Source: Hypanus sabinus
Lineage: Eukaryota
Direction: 5' to 3'
Length of the DNA: 64,000 bases
Assembly: GCF_030144855.1 (NCBI RefSeq)
Contig: NC_082728.1
Location: 21,824,001 to 21,888,000, forward strand
The translations under genes were made by a program, and so were the position numbers. Positions 25,165 to 37,941 of the stretch are shown piece by piece. The notes under the pieces are model-generated. The model did not search any database and was not told the origin of the DNA. It saw only the letters and a list, made by a program, of their open reading frames with translations. Every line of letters starts with the position of its first letter. Positions within the stretch are counted from its first letter, which is position 1.

Positions 25165-25615
25165 ATCAGAATCAGACCAGGTTTAATATCACTGACATGT
25201 CATGAAATCTGTTGTTTTGCAGCAGCAGTACAGAACAATACATTAAAAAGCTATAAATCACAATAAGAAATCCATATAAAAGAAGTAAAATAAAATAAAT
25301 AGTGCATGAAAAGAGCAAAAATAGTGAGATAGTCCATGGGTTGGTTCATTGTCCATTTGTCTTCATACTCCTGTACCTCCACTCTAATGGTTGTCACGAG
25401 AAGAGGACATGTCTCGGGTGCTATGGGTCCTTACTGATGGATGCTGCTTTTTGAGGCATCGCCTTTTGAAGATGTCCTCAATTCTGAGGAGGCGAGTGCC
25501 CATAATGGAGCTGGCCAAGTTTGCAGACCTCTTTTTCCGATCCTGTGCAGTGGCCGTTCCTTACCAGTCGATGAAGCAATCAGTTTGAATGCTCTCCTTG
25601 GTATATCTGTAGAAA
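25165..25615 (-). mobile_element. Rex1/Babar 3' fragment
   Basis: ATCAGAATCAG tail; homologous to 49078-49620. Confidence 0.7.
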
Positions 25616-26284
25616 TCTGCTCGAATCTTCAGCATCCATTGTTAGTAAGTATTTTGCTGTTAATGTGAATAAAGCAAAGATGCTGCTAAGTAAAAAGAAA
25701 CTCAGACAGCAATATGATCAATTTTTTTTTAATGCAGAACTGAAAAAAAACCAAAAGAATGCAGGAGAAGGTCGATTGGCCCTTGAGGTTCAATAAGATT
25801 GTGGCTGATCCTACTTTGGCCTCAACACTACTCCCTATTGCCTTGGCTTCCTTGGGTTTCAAATGTCTCTCAGTCCCCACTTCGAGAATTTTCAATGACT
25901 GCTCCCACAGCTCTAGTATAGAGAATTCCAAGGATTCATGGCTCTGGGGAAAAGAACTTCCCCTCCTGAATTTTGTGATCTTAAAAACCTGTGCTGAATG
26001 ACTGAAGCCTGATTGAAATTGAGTGGAATACTTCATTATTATAAAACTGTCGGTAGTAACGTGGGCATTCTATGACCTTACATTCTAACTGGTTCTGTCC
26101 CGAAGAGCAGAGTAAGGGAGAAGTGAAATCGACAGATCAGGAAGCCTGCAACATATCTATGGGCCCAGAAAAGTCACTCCAGCTCCTTCTGTTCCCAATG
26201 AGCTTAAACTATTGAAACCTTACAATCAGCAATATAGAGGATGCAGATAAATAGAACAGGTGACTTTAACTGGTTAATGAATAA

Positions 26285-27345
26285 TTGCTGGACCTGCTGC
26301 AATTTGTTTATTGCCACAATGGGTCAACAGTGAAGATCTCACTGGCCTTGGATCACCCGGACAATACCCACGTCAGGCTGGTGTTTGTTGATTACAGCTC
26401 AGTGCTCAATACCATCATGCCCTCAGTTCTAATCAACAAGCCCGAAACCTTGGGCCTCTGTACCTCCCACTAAAACTGAATCCTTGACTTCCTCATTAGG
26501 AGACCACAGTCCGTGCAGATCGGAATTAATATCTCCTCACTGGCAGTCAACAATGATGCATCTCAAGGATGCGTGCTTAGCGTACTACTCTACCCTCTGT
26601 ACTCCCACGGAGCACAGCTCAAGTGGCGTCTAAAAAATTTGCCCATGACATAGCTATTGTTGGCAGCATTTCAAATGGTGATGAGGAGGAGTGCAGGAGT
26701 AAGATAGATCAGCTGATCTTGTGGAGTCACAACAACAACCTCGCACTCAACTCCAGTAAGACCAAGGAATTGATTGTGGGCTTCAGGAAGGAAAAGTCAA
26801 GGAAAACATACCAGTTCTCATAAAGGGATCAGTAATGGAAAGGGTGTGCAGTTTCTAGTTCCTGGGTGTTAACATCTCTGAAGATCTATCCTGGGCCCAA
26901 CATATTGATGCAGTTACAAGGGAGGCTGGAGAGTGGCTATATTTCATTAGGGGTTTGAGAAGACTTGGTAAGATACCAAAAACTTCTGCAAATTTCTGTA
27001 GATCTACTGCGTAGAGCTTTCTAACTGGTTGCATCTCCACCTAGTATGGAGCGGCCACTGCACAGGGTTGGGAAAAGCTCCAGAAACTTGCGTACTCAGC
27101 CAGTTCCATCGTGGACGTTTCCAGTTCCAGGACGTTTAGGACGACTTCAAAAGACGATGCCTCAAAAATTCACCATCCATCATTAAGGACCCTAATCACC
27201 AGGACACATCCTCTTCTCTTTGCTGTCATTAATGAGGAGGTCCAGGAACCTGTAGATACACATTTGACATTTTAGGGACAGCTTCTTCCCCTCTGCCAAT
27301 AGATTTCTGAATGGACAATGAACCCATGTACACTACCCCAATTAC
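26285..27345 (+). mobile_element. Rex1/Babar RT-to-3' fragment
   Basis: DLLQFVY, VRLVFVDYSS..NTI, KFAHD and NNLALN.SKTKELIV.FRK motifs. Confidence 0.8.
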
Positions 27346-28643
27346 ATATGCCAGGGATATTAAATCTGATTTTGATTAGGGGCACGTTAAGACCTGAAGG
27401 ACGGGAGGTCTCAAACAGATTGGGGAGTATACACGCCATGGAGCCCACACACCTGCAAATCAATTTTGATTATGCTTTTAAAGTTGTCATTGTGCCACTG
27501 ATTTGATTGAGTAATCTGTCCAATGCCTGTTTTATTTGGATAACCTATGCACCCAAAGTTCAACTGGCACCACTTTTCAGGGTGATGGTTACCAGAAATC
27601 TTGGAAAATGCAAGTGAATTTTTCCTCTTTTCTGGGTTTCAAAAGCTCTCCAGAACGTAGCTTCAGATGGTTGAAAGGAGATGTGAAAGCATTTTGCGAC
27701 AGAAACATTAATAATTCCTTTGCTAAGTCTTTCATCCTCTTTCTTTCAGTATATTGATGGGATTGTGGTAAAGATTAAAGAAAACACAATGGCAAGCCAT
27801 TTGTTCAAAATTAGTTTAAAATCAATATTTTACAATTCTTAGTCAGTGTTATCTTTTTTAGCTCTGATATTTATTTATTCTCCAAAGCAGCTTTCTTTAT
27901 ATGTGTTCTTCTCCCCGATGGCTCGGTTATTGTTCAGCATGCTGTTCATTCAGTTCTGGTCTGCGAGTTTTTTTGCTGGGTTGTTCTGCAAATGACTAAA
28001 TAAATGCAGAGTCAGTGTCCTGCGCACTGAGCCAAGGCACATACCGATGATTCTTCTCATAGCGAGTTCCCCTTCTCAACCTTGCCAAGTGGAGAAGTTG
28101 TAAGGGCTTGGGGAAGGCTGGAAGAGCAGAGGTTAAATTACATGCGCGTCTCATGTACATATTCTGATGCTGATCACAAAACCATGGTGAGAGGGCTGGA
28201 GATTCCTTTGGGGGCTGTATTTTTGGTCCTAGCTGGGCAGAACCTTGTTTATGTTATCTAGTTCCTGCCGAAGTTGGAGCTTTAACTGTCCTGCATGGCA
28301 GATAGGTGAAGACTTGCATGGGCCAAAAATGAACAATTATGAACAGACTGGAGAATGGAAGAGTTGGGAATAGAATACTGCAAACTCTACTTTTAAACAT
28401 ATAAGTTACCAATGGATTCGCTTATGCAACATCCATGATATCACCCCTTTTGTATTCCGCAAAGCTGAGCCAAAGTGGCAATGAGACAGCATGCTCCTGT
28501 TAGTCCCTCAACTATTCTTGCCTTGTGGGATACTCATGAAGAAATCCTGGGTCTCTGAGATGCTGAAGTCACCCGACTAAAATCAACTATTTATCTCCGT
28601 TCTCCAGCCAGGATTAATTTGTTTCAACTGGTCTCCCTCTATC

Positions 28644-28870
28644 TCAAAGTTCAAAGTAAATTTATTATCAAAGTGGGTATATGTTAACATATATTACCTT
28701 AAGATTAATTTTCTTGCAGAATTTGCAAAGTCCAAAGTAAATGTATTATTAATGTATGTATATGTTAACTTGAGAGCCATTTGCTTGCACATATTTACAA
28801 GGGGAAAAGAAGTGCAATCGAATTTATGAAAAACTAGAGTGACGAACAACCAATGTGCAAATTAAAAAAC
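28644..28870 (-). mobile_element. Two tandem Rex1-type 3' tails
   Basis: AAAGT(T/C)CAAAGTAAAT..ATTAT...GTATATGTTAAC repeated at ~28646 and ~28727. Confidence 0.55.
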
Positions 28871-29150
28871 TAATATGGAGAACATGAGTGATAAAGAGCC
28901 TCTGCCTGGTTTGGAATTTTGTTGAGGTGTCAGTTGAAATTTGCTATTCCAGTCTTGTGTCAGCTCCAGCTGGAGCCTTCTTTGATGATACATAAACTAA
29001 GAATGAAAGTGCATGCAACGAGTGATGTTCATACTGATATCCTAGTGATCTTCTTCTTAGACCATCTCTCAGGCTGAGGATCGATTTGCCTCAACTCCAT
29101 GTCTGAGGAGCGAAGGATGCCTTTTCGTGGGTTCTTTTTGTCCAGGGTAG

Positions 29151-29400
29151 TTTATTTATTTTTTATTTGGCGATACAGCGCGGTAACAGGTCTTTCCCAC
29201 TCAACAAACCCGCACCACCCTATTAAACCCTTGTGACCAATTAACCCACTTATTTGTATATCTTTGGAATGTGAAAGAAAACCAGAGCAGCTGGTGGAAA
29301 CCCACATGGTCATGGGTACAACCACCTTACAGATGGTGGCAGAACTAAGCCTGGGTCACTGGTGCTGTAATGGCGTTGCATTAACCGTTAGGCCTACAGT
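29151..29400 (-). mobile_element. V-SINE/HE1-like SINE
   Basis: TTTATTTATT tail; GGAATGTGAAAGAAAACCAGAGCAGCTGGTGGAAACCCAC (reverse V-domain). Confidence 0.7.
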
Positions 29401-29465
29401 ACCATTGTTACACACAAGCCACTGCAGAGCTCATTGTTAGATGCCGTCTCAACCCACTGCCACGG

Positions 29466-29674
29466 TGATGCACCATCAATAACTCACTCTGCGATGTAAA
29501 GGCGAGATATCGGCTTTTATTGAAGGAACAAGCAGTGAGTGACCACCATACTACATCCTGGAGACTGAGAGGCCGGGCTCAGGCCTCAATCACCTTTATA
29601 CAGGGGTCTGTGGGAGGAGCCACAGGAGCAGTCAGCGGGGGGCGTGTCCAGACAGGTATATGTAGTTCACCACA
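29466..29674 (-). mobile_element. Solo LTR (209 bp)
   Basis: TG...CA termini; on the minus strand TATAAA is followed by AATAAA; flanks CACGG / CAGGG (5-bp TSD, 1 mismatch). Confidence 0.7.
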
Positions 29675-31212
29675 CAGGGTTCAGCTTGACATTGCCACAG
29701 ACTTTTGCCGGAGGGAGTTCTTATTCATTCCTGAAACAAAATGGAACTTCATGTTGGAGAAACCTCCTCTATTTAGCATCAGTCCAAAGCAATACTAGTC
29801 TTGCATTGATGCCAACTTTGTGGCATGTGAAGTTATGGTTTATTTTGCTAACTAACCATTCAGCTCTACATGCACAGTGCTGATGGGTGAGCAATTGCAA
29901 AGTGTCAGAACTGCATTGCAAAGTACAATGCAATAGAATAATACCCCGACTCTAACCAGCTCCCTTTAATGATTTATCTCTGTCCTTTTACAGCACTGAG
30001 ACGAACATACCCCGTGATATTTAAATGAAATAGGACGTGATTTAATTTGTGTTTTGGTAAGCATGGAAAACATACATCAAGATGTTGAATCTAAAATTGG
30101 CCTTCATCAGAGTAAAGTGTGCTTCAAAATGATAAATCAGAAGTCCTTTTTCAACCACATTTTCCTTCCATTGGTTTTGGTTCAGAAATAACTAAAATTA
30201 ACTACTGATTCATCACAAAACTCTTTTACAATGCTGTAAAGATGGAGTTATTTCAGAGTACACTTTTAACGATCATCAGTAAATTTATTAATCTTTATTA
30301 CTCCAAAACCTGAGTTAAAATTATGTCCTGAGGAAGCACTGGTAATTGGGAAGATATTTAGAACTTTTCATTTCTCTTGCAAACACAAATTCAGTCAGAC
30401 AGTGAATGACTATAATAAGAACCTTGTGAGAGAACTGAATTTTATTAAATATATCAATTCTCATTTTGTCAGCATGAATGTAATGCCATTAAATTGCTGT
30501 ATATACTGAGCTTATTTCCTGGATTTCTGGAAAAAGGTACAAAAGCAAAATGCAGCAGTTGCTGTAAATATGAAATAAAATAGAAAATGCTTGAAATACT
30601 CACTGCTTGGTCCCTCAAGCTCGCTCTGCCATTTAAGAGAATCATAGCAAACCAGACTGCAATCACAAGTCTACCCATGGTAACTTTTCATCCTCACTCT
30701 AATAGATACAAGTCTAAATGATCCAACCACTCCTCATAGATCAAAATACTAATCTAGAAAACATTCTGTAGACAGCTTCCACTGCAATAATGCCATGAGA
30801 CCATTGCTGCATTTTATGGATGCTTTCTCTAGTGCGCTACATCGCGGAAGCACGCCTCCTGACTTTTATATTCACTTCACTGAAAGAAAAAAATAATACG
30901 CTGTTTACTTTCCTAAAAACTTGTAGTGCCTGCTTGGCTGCTTATTGAAAACATTGCTTCACTACACAAAGATTTTTCTGCATTTCAGAGCAATGTAGCT
31001 CTCTCACCTTTTAGATAGTGCACTTCTTTCCTGCTAAAGGGGAATTTTTCACATTTACCCACATCATCCTACATTGCCAGGTTTTTGCTCTTTCAGCTAA
31101 TCTATTTATATCTCATTGTCACTGCCTCAGTTATACATTCTTTCCAATTTATCATTATGCCATTAGAAAATAAGTCAACCATGCTTTCAGAGGCTTCATT
31201 TAAAACATTTAT

Positions 31213-31526
31213 TTAATATTTTTTTTCCTTTTCTTTTTTTTTCTCCTTTTTTTCTCTTTATTAGTGTTAGGTTGTTAGAGTAATTTTTCTTAGGGTTAAT
31301 TTTTTTTTCTTTTCCTTTCTGTTTTTTTAATATATGATATATCTAATTTTGTTCTGTTTATATGATATTTGTATCATTCATGATTTGAGAAGACTTAACC
31401 ATATTGTAATTATTGCTTGTGTATCCTTTCATGTTCAGTGTAACTTGGTAAGTTTGTAATCCCACTATCTATGTATTAATCTTATCATGTTGATATTAAT
31501 AATAAAGAGATTGAAAAAGAAAAAAG
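31213..31526 (+). mobile_element. L1-clade-like 3' UTR insertion
   Basis: T-rich body, AATAAA and an A-rich tail; 11-bp TSD AAAACATTTAT (31202-31212 / 31527-31537). Confidence 0.65.
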
Positions 31527-31838
31527 AAAACATTTATATACGTTTTTCACTTTGTAGAGATGTTTTAGATAGAGCCAACAAATGGATGCTTTAATTCCTT
31601 TCGCATGCCACTTACATCTCACTGATCAGGAGAAGAATCTCTGTTTCTTGTTGGCCAGACACTCTTCTGTCCATCATCAGGAGCTTCCATTTTCACCAAT
31701 AACCGTTGATACGGCACTTTCCTAAATGCCTTCTGGTGTGGGACACTTAACCACTGCAGGTTCCTTTCTGGGAGAATTTTCAGTGTTCCTCTGTTTTGGA
31801 TTTCTGGAATATAGAAAATGGACTATCACTCTCTAACT

Positions 31839-31910
31839 CGGAGGTTCCCAACCTGGGGACCTCTCGGATAATGATAGGGATCCATGGAATGTAACAGTTG
31901 GGAACCCTTG
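31839..31910. mobile_element. 72-bp hAT (Charlie-like) MITE
   Basis: TIRs CGGAGGTTCCCAAC / GTTGGGAACCCTTG; 8-bp flanks CTCTAACT / ATCTAACT. Confidence 0.7.
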
Positions 31911-32229
31911 ATCTAACTAAATAAATTCCTCCTCATGTCTAAAGGGGTGTCCTTCTATTCTAAGACAGAATGAAAATATGAAAAGTGGACAATCAGCCAC
32001 AGGTATTATCAATTATTAAATGAGACCTAATGCCTTCTGTTCATATAAAGGATTGTGTTCCCCATACATGTGGTATATGTGATTCTTACATTTGAGGAAT
32101 ACACTTAACAGCTGTAATTATTCTCCTGTGCCAGCTGATGCTTCCTTCCTGAAGAATGCATTGGCACCTTGTTTCTTGCAAATACTGATGGTCTCACAAA
32201 TTTCTATAGATGTACTGTGGAGAGCATTC

Positions 32230-35200
32230 TGCCAGGCCTGTAAATGCAGGCACCTCCTAATCTTTCTTTTACTTCTTGTAACTTTAAATGACGGTTAGCA
32301 GACCAACATAAGCACCTCCCAGTCTCAACCAGCTAAGAGGATTCATCTGTTGCTCATTCCAGACTCAACACCTGCAGCATTTTTAACCCCAGTTCGCTCA
32401 TTGAACCAGCTGGACTCAACCAGTTGTACTCTCCTTGCCTGTTGTGTTTAGTTTCTGTTCCCTCCTGTTTTGTGGCTTGTTATTTTGTGGTCTATTATTA
32501 AAATTAGCATTCACTTATAAATCGTCTCTGCTGCTCTGCAGTTTTGGATTGACCCTCCTCCACATTTCCTGAGGGGGTGGGGGGTGAACCCTGATTAACC
32601 CAGCAGAGTAGGTCATCCTCTGACACAAGGACATGGTCCAGATGCACAGCTATCTATTGGACATCTCTCTCTTTCAGTCCGCCTCCTCCCTCTCACCCCG
32701 GAAGTTGTAGCATCAGGATATGCCACCCAATGCTGCAACTTCCTGTGCCAGTGCAGCTTACACTTTGAGCTCCAGCCATCTCTGTCTTCGACAGACTGGG
32801 CCAAGATTCCTTTCCGCATCTCTCTCTTGACTGGGCAAACTCTGACCTGGGCCACCGCTAACTGGGACAATGAACCGCCATTTGCAACAAATATGAGGAT
32901 TTCACCGCTGAGCTGCGCCGGGTTTTCGACCATCCAGGAACAGGAAGGGAGGCAGCAGATCTGATAACCAGCCTGCATCAATGCTCACCCTGTGCTGGAT
33001 TGCACCGTGGAATTCAGGGCCCTCGTGGTGGAATGCCAATGAAATGCAGAAGCACTGCTGGCTTACTACCGTCACAGCCTCTCGGAGCGTTTGAAGGACG
33101 AGCTACCTACCCGGGAGATGCCCATCGACTTCGAAAGCCTCATCACTCTGGCTCTCTGTATTGACAAGCATCTTAGGTAACAACCCTCCAGGTGTTCACC
33201 AATGCCTCCAGACGCTGGGCATTTAGGGTAAGCCTCAGGATCACGAGCATCAGTGAAGAATCAACTCTGGCGGAGCAGCCAAACACCGATGCATAAAATG
33301 CCCACTGTGAAGGGGAAGATGGCACATCCAGGCAGGGTTAAGAACCCTTCCATCAGGCAAGATCTCCCCAGCCCCTCCTTCACGCACCACAGCCTCTCAC
33401 TCTCCCTGTCCTTGTCCCCACTTTGTTGGCCCTACCTGCGTCGCGGGCTCTGGTGGATTCCGGCTCAGCAGACAGCTTTCTGGATCGGATTCTATGTATG
33501 GGGTTTGGACTCCCCACTGAACCTGTCTCTCGCCTCTTCAATCTCACGTCTGTTGTCGGATGTCCTTTGGGGTATGGGACGGTCAGAGTGTGCGCATGGC
33601 CTATGTCCATGAGCATCGGAGAACACCCCAAGTCCGTCCGATTCCTCCTGCTCACCTCCCTCAGCACTCCTCTAACCCTGGCTCTCCACTCACGGCCCAC
33701 TGTCGTCTGGTTCACTAATGAGTTGGGGACCCATTTACCTGCAACTGCAGTGACTTCACCCCCTAATGCTGAAGGGCTGGAGGAAGCCCTCAGCTTTCCC
33801 AGACTCACACAGCAGTATCTTGCCGTAGCCATCGCCCTCAGTGGAAGTGAAGCCAGCAACCTGCCGCCTGTACACTACTGACCTCGTCCCGAGAAACACC
33901 CGTCCCCAAGGCCATCTTCCCCCCTCCTCCTGAGACCCAAGTCATGACTGACTTTGTCACCAAAGCGCTGCAGCATGACTTAATCTGACCATCCCAGCTC
34001 CCCAGCCAGTGCGGGACTCTTCTTTGTCAAAAAGGAAGATGGGGGGCCCTTCATCCCAGCGAACCTCATTTGCTGCCACGGACGCGCCTTTGAGGAGCTC
34101 AAAAGATGTTTCACCACTTCTCCCATTCTCTGCCATCTGACCCTTCCAGACCTCTGGTGGTAGAGATGGGCACATCTGATGTGGCACCAGGTCCATCCTC
34201 TTCTAGCGAGGAGAGGACAGGAAGAGGTACCCTTGTCTCTTCTTCTCACACAAGTTCAATCCTACACAGCACCATTACCGAGTAGGAGACGGGGAGCTGC
34301 TCACTATTAAATGGGGCTTGTAGAAAAGGAGACGTTGGCTGACTGGAAACACCGAGACCTTCATGATCTGGACTGACCACCAGAACTTCATATCCATTCA
34401 GCAGACTAACCAACTCAACCCATGCCAGGCTCACTAGGACTACCTGAAATAATTCAACTTCTCTACCTCCAAACGACCAAGTTCCAAAACACTGAGGTGG
34501 ATGCCCTGCCACAACAATTTGACCCAGCTGAAACAGACATAAACCCTCAGCTCATCATTCTGACGTCTCAGATCCTCTTCCTGATCGTCTGGGATCTTCA
34601 GGACCAGATCCACCAGGCCCTACAGCACGAGAGTGCTCCGGCTGGCAACCGCGAGTACATGCGGCAGCCGTGTGCTCTGATGTGCTCCATTGGGCCTGCT
34701 CTTCACCCCTTTTGGCTATCCAGATGCTCAATGGACTCTGGATTTTCTGACACCACCTGCTGGCCCATCATCACCTTCAGAAGGGGCCATGGCAATCATC
34801 ACAGTGGTGGACTTTGTTGCCCTCCCCACGCTTCTGTCAGCTGCTGAGGCACAAACCAGGTTTGCCTCCATGGCTTTCCCCAGGACATGGCATTGGACCA
34901 AGGCCCACAGTTCATCTCCTGCTTCTGGTGAGCCTTCTGCACCTCAGTGAGTTTGTCCTCTGGCCATCATCCGCAGAGCAGAAGTCAGTCAGAAAGAGCC
35001 AGTCAGCAAGTGGAGAAGCTTCTGTGATGTTTTGCCACCTCTAACCCATCTACACGAACAAAATACCTGCTCTGGCTGAGCAGTCCCACAACCTACACAC
35101 CTCCTCTGACTCAGGTGTGTCAACCTATGTACTTCATGGCTACCGACTCCCATTGTTCCCCATGGAGGAGCCTGCAGTGAGGTCCCATAGGCCAGGGCCC

Positions 35201-36045
35201 TTGTTTGCCACTGCAGGCAATGCTTGGATGAGGACAGAGAGGGCCATCCATGCCACCAACCTTGCCTACTGCCACCAGGCCAACTGGCGTTGGGCCCTGT
35301 CAGACTGCTCTGGCCTGGGGACCTTGTGGCTGTTCTCCTGTTGCCCTGACTTCCACAAGCTCTCGCCCTGGTTCATTCATCCCTTCGAGATCTTCCCTCA
35401 CACCAATCCAGTCAATTATCGCCTCCATCTGCCACTGTCCTTCAGGGTCACACCTACTTTCCGTGTATGCCGCCTCATGCCCATCATCTATGGACCACTC
35501 AACTCACCTGAGCCTGAACCAATGGAACCTGGGATAGCGGAAGGTGATCCAGTGTACACGGTTTGCTAGTTGCTGGACCCGTGTCACCGTGCACAGGGTG
35601 TGCAGTACCTGGACGATTGAGAAGGGCACGGCCTGGAGGAGAGGTTTTGGGTGCTGTTCTGCTATATCTTGGATCCATCACTCATCAAGGAGGTCAAACA
35701 GACCCATCTGGGTTGTCCTGGTCCATCAGCGGCCGGTTGTAGGTTGGGGGGGGTGTCGTACCCAGTCTCCACCCAGCGAATAGGATTCACTTACGCTCAT
35801 TCCAGACTCATCACCTGCAGCCTACTTAACCCCAGTTCTCATCTACAGTCCTTGTTCACTCATTGAACCAGCCAGGTTCAACTTGTTGCTCCTGGCTTTT
35901 GCTATCCCTGCTTAAGTGTTACCTGGCTGCCTGTTGTTTTCATTTCTCTCGAGTTTTGTGGCTTGTTATTTTGTAATATATTATTAAAGTTGTCATTCAC
36001 TGCTGGATAGTCTTTGTGGGTCTGCTTTCAGGTCAAGCCAAAACA
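32230..36045 (+). mobile_element. Decayed Gypsy LTR retrotransposon (sushi-like chromovirus)
   Basis: TG...CA termini, 5-bp TSD CATTC, two homologous LTRs (32230-~32571 and 35754-36045), G8 PPT at 35746-35753, and gag-PR-RT-RH-IN-chromo order. Inserted in a Rex1 fragment (NFYRCTVESIL continues after 36045). Confidence 0.88.
32640..35710 (+). pseudogene. gag-pol pseudogene with chromodomain
   Basis: gag NFLCQCSLHFELQP...ISLLTG..LTWATA; protease ALVDSGSADSF; RT start SPASAGLFFVKKEDGG; RNase H IWTDHQN; integrase HGFPQDMALDQGPQF; GPF module; chromodomain YTV..LLD...QYL..EG.G.EERFWV...ILDPSLI. Many stops and frameshifts. Confidence 0.85.
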
Positions 36046-36420
36046 CATTCTGGCTGGATGCATTCCAGCTTGGTGGGGAGCCTCTGATGCATAGGCTCGC
36101 AAGAGGCTTGACCTATGTAGCCTCAGCCAACTCCCTCGCTGGCATAACCCTCCATCAAGGATACCTTCAGGTGGTAGTGCTTCAGGAAAGTGACATCCAT
36201 CACTATGGAGCCTCCCCATCTGGGACCATCATCAGGGATGAGGTAAAGGAGCTTTAAGACCCACACTTAGTGATTTAGGAACAGATTCTTCCCCGCTGCC
36301 ATTAGGTTTCTGAATAGTCCGTGAACCATTACTAATTCATATCACTTGTATATCTTCAGCAACACAGCAGAATTCACATCAGAAAAATCAGTGACAATAA
36401 ACCTCATCTTGATTCTGATA
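36046..36420 (+). mobile_element. Rex1/Babar 3' fragment (host of the Gypsy element; left part ~32160-32229)
   Basis: ILAGCIPAW continues the frame broken at 32229; AATAAACC...GATTCTGA tail. Confidence 0.7.
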
Positions 36421-36689
36421 AAAATGTGCTCCGGAAGTTAATTCAGAAGGCAGCTGTTCCAGGATGGCATGGGATGAACGGAGCAACAAGAAACCTCCCT
36501 GTCCTCCATATATTTGTCAGCACAGAACGAATGATCTTGGTTGTGTAATCTGCAGTAGATGGCACAACCATGTGTCAAACACATGGAGGTAATGCACACT
36601 GACAACCTCAAATTTTCATTAGTCTGAAATTATTTTCTCAAACTTCACCAGGATATTAATGTATAATTAGCATTTGATCACTCTAGGCA

Positions 36690-37065
36690 TGAACTTGCTA
36701 GAGTTTAAAGGAGGAAGGGGGATCTCATTGAAACCTACAAAATATTGAGCAGCCTAGACAGAGTGGAGGTGGAGGGGCTATTTCCAGTGGTAGTGGAGTC
36801 TAGGACCAGAGGGCACGGTCTCAGAATGGAAGGAGCTCGTTTTAGAGCAGAGGAGAAGAGGAGCTTCTTTCGGCAGAGGGTAGTGAATCTGTGGAAATCA
36901 TCGCCACAGAGAGCTGTGGAGGCCAAATCATTGGGTATACGTAAAATGGAGGGTGACAGGGTGTCAGAGGGAGAAGGTAGGAGAACAGGGTTGAGAGGGA
37001 AAATAAATCAGCTGGAATGGAATGGTGGGGCAGACTGGATGGGCCAAATGGTTTAATTCTTCTTG
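36690..37065 (+). mobile_element. CR1 LINE 3' fragment
   Basis: SRTRGHGLRM...FFRQRVVNLWKS.PQRAVEAKSLG. Confidence 0.8.
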
Positions 37066-37770
37066 TCTTAACCTACAGGAGGAGACTATTCACCCTATCA
37101 TGTCTACACCAGTTCTTAACAATCCTATCCTTCCAAGTGCACTATTTATTTCCTTAAACGCTGTTTTCCCATAGATACCCATTAACTCCCGACTGGTGTT
37201 CCTCTCACCCGCCTACACAATTTACAAATGCTACTTAGCCTACTAACTAGTGCATCCTTGTGAAGTGGGAGGAAAGCAGTACTCCCAGCAATCACCCAGG
37301 AGGAATGTATAAGCTCCACTCAAAAGGTGACAAAGGTCAGCAACGAGATTAGGAAACTGAAACTGTGGGCAGCAACATTCCATCACGTTCAGGTGCAGGA
37401 GAGTCTTCTGTGGCAAAAGAAAGATTTCTTGGCTATCATTTGTTTTCCATTGGTATTCCCTGGTAGGCCCCTTCCTTTGATGAAGGAACATGTCGAGAAC
37501 CCAGCATTTCTTAACCAGCAATCCTAAAACAAAGCTCAGTCCCCAAAATCCCCCCTAAATACAAAAGATGACAAGATTCCCTCGTAAATCGATTAATGGA
37601 TGGGGAAATTCCTGCAATTTTGACAATGCAAATAAGAACTCAAGAAAACATTTTTGAAAAGGTCATTCCCATGATCGGATTGCCTATTGTAAAATAGAAC
37701 TGCTAGGTGTGATTTATTTACCTAAGGCGTCATACTTATCTGAATTAAATTCCCTTTTGAAAAGACAGAA

Positions 37771-37932
37771 GTCTAAGCAATAACTTCAGTGCAGTACTGA
37801 GGGAGTGCTGCTCGGCTGGAAACTTGTCACAGAGATTCTAGGTAAAACCGAGGGCCCACCTATCCTTTCCCAAGTAAATGCAGAAGATCCAGAGATGCTG
37901 TGGAGACATCCTTAGTGCTTTCCCAACATCAC
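37771..37932 (+). mobile_element. LF-SINE-like ancient SINE remnant
   Basis: CAGTGCAGTACTGAGGGAGTGCTGC (37787-37811), TAAAACCGAGG and AAGATCC occur in the order I recall from the LF-SINE consensus. Confidence 0.6.
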
Positions 37933-37941
37933 TCCTGCATT

